A stretch of 63,516 nt of DNA, filler included, from Lama guanicoe (Eukaryota): NCBI GenBank assembly GCA_013239625.1. It is 131 parts of 131 records of this genome, joined end to end, with 100 filler letters (N's around TTAATTAATTAA, not from the genome) between each part and the next. Parts side by side here need not be neighbours in the genome. Positions count along the whole stretch, not along the records: positions 62,643 to 63,029 come from PNXV01059187.1; positions 63,130 to 63,516 come from PNXV01059188.1; 129 more parts are not named here. One strand, written 5' to 3'. Made by a program: the position numbers and the translations under genes. How positions within the stretch are numbered: the stretch's first letter is position 1; each line of letters starts with the position of its first letter. The notes below the pieces were generated by a model. That model was not told where the DNA came from and did not search any database. It worked only from the letters and a program-made list of their open reading frames with translations. Shown one piece after another: positions 62,660 through 63,516 of the stretch.

Positions 62660-63029
62660 CACATCCTCACCTCAAAGCATATTACGTATCTTCATTAATC
62701 AAAGCTTTGTGATACTGTCATAAAAATGAATCAACCAGAGGAACAGCATAGCTGTCCCACAGAAGGACCCTGTGTAAATGATCGAGTGACCGTCAACAAG
62801 GGAGCCACGGCACACGGTGGAGAAAGACAGTCTCTTCAACCAATGGTGTTGGGAAAACTGGACAGCCACGTGCAGAAGAACGAAGCTGGGCCTTTATACC
62901 AGGTGCAAGTCAACTCACAATGGATTAAAGACCTACATGCAAGTCCAGAAGCTGCGACAGTCCCAAAAGAAAGTGGAGGGGAAACACTCCATGACATTAG
63001 ATGGACAGTGATTTCTTGGACGTGACACC
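62660..63029 (+). mobile_element. Older LINE-1 ORF2 fragment
   Basis: [44 protein letters not shown]. Confidence 0.88.
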
Positions 63030-63516
63030 NNNNNNNNNNNNNNNNNNNNNNNNNNNNNNNNNNNNNNNNNNNNTTAATTAATTAANNNNNNNNNNNNNNN
63101 NNNNNNNNNNNNNNNNNNNNNNNNNNNNNAAAAAAAATCACAGCACTGGCCAAATGCATCCATAATAAAAGAGACTTGTTTATAATGAGTGACTAATTAA
63201 ACTTTGGAGAGAGGAATAAACTGCCAAGGCCCTTCACGCAGCATGTCCTTGATGCGGGGGCATCAGCACTGTCCCCACCTCGACCGCAGCTGCCCTCTGC
63301 TGTCTTTGCGCCTTTCCTCTGCACGTACCCTGTTATCACTGAGATGAATGAACTCCTGCCTCTGGGAATCAGCTCCGGCCCAGACGGTTCTGTCTGCCAA
63401 CTGGTGGCAGGGGACCAGAGCAGACTTCTCCAATTAGCAGAGTCCCCCATCAGGCAGCCGGACGGACGCAGTGTTTATGTTTGCGGACAGCCTCTCTGGC
63501 TGAGGTCTCCTGCGCC

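Overview
This is not a contiguous locus. It is an artificial concatenation of 131 short unplaced mammalian contigs (380-387 bp, sorted by increasing length) joined by 130 identical 100-bp synthetic linkers (N44-TTAATTAATTAA-N44, stop codons in all six frames). About 13 kb is linker and about 50.5 kb is real sequence, so adjacency between contigs has no biological meaning. Several tRNA-Ala-like Vic-1-type SINEs and artiodactyl-type L1 UTRs point to a camelid genome (camel, llama or alpaca); the species cannot be fixed from sequence alone. Content is mostly interspersed repeats (L1, L2, MIR, Tigger1, MER/hAT, MaLR and ERV LTRs), simple repeats and anonymous DNA. Recognisable gene fragments: a betaretroviral pol (RT connection/RNase H) with an uninterrupted frame, an EEF1A1 processed pseudogene, an olfactory receptor fragment, the last SCR exon of CR2/CD21, a CCDC144A/ANKRD26-family exon, and one unidentified 99-nt exon. 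I found no evidence of a novel multi-gene system, and the CRISPR-like periodicity is an assembly artefact. The best leads are the open ERV pol, a 42-bp satellite with dyad symmetry, a co-terminal ~94%-identical contig pair and the CR2 Gly>Glu variant. Repeat subfamily names come from recalled consensus sequences, not from a database search.
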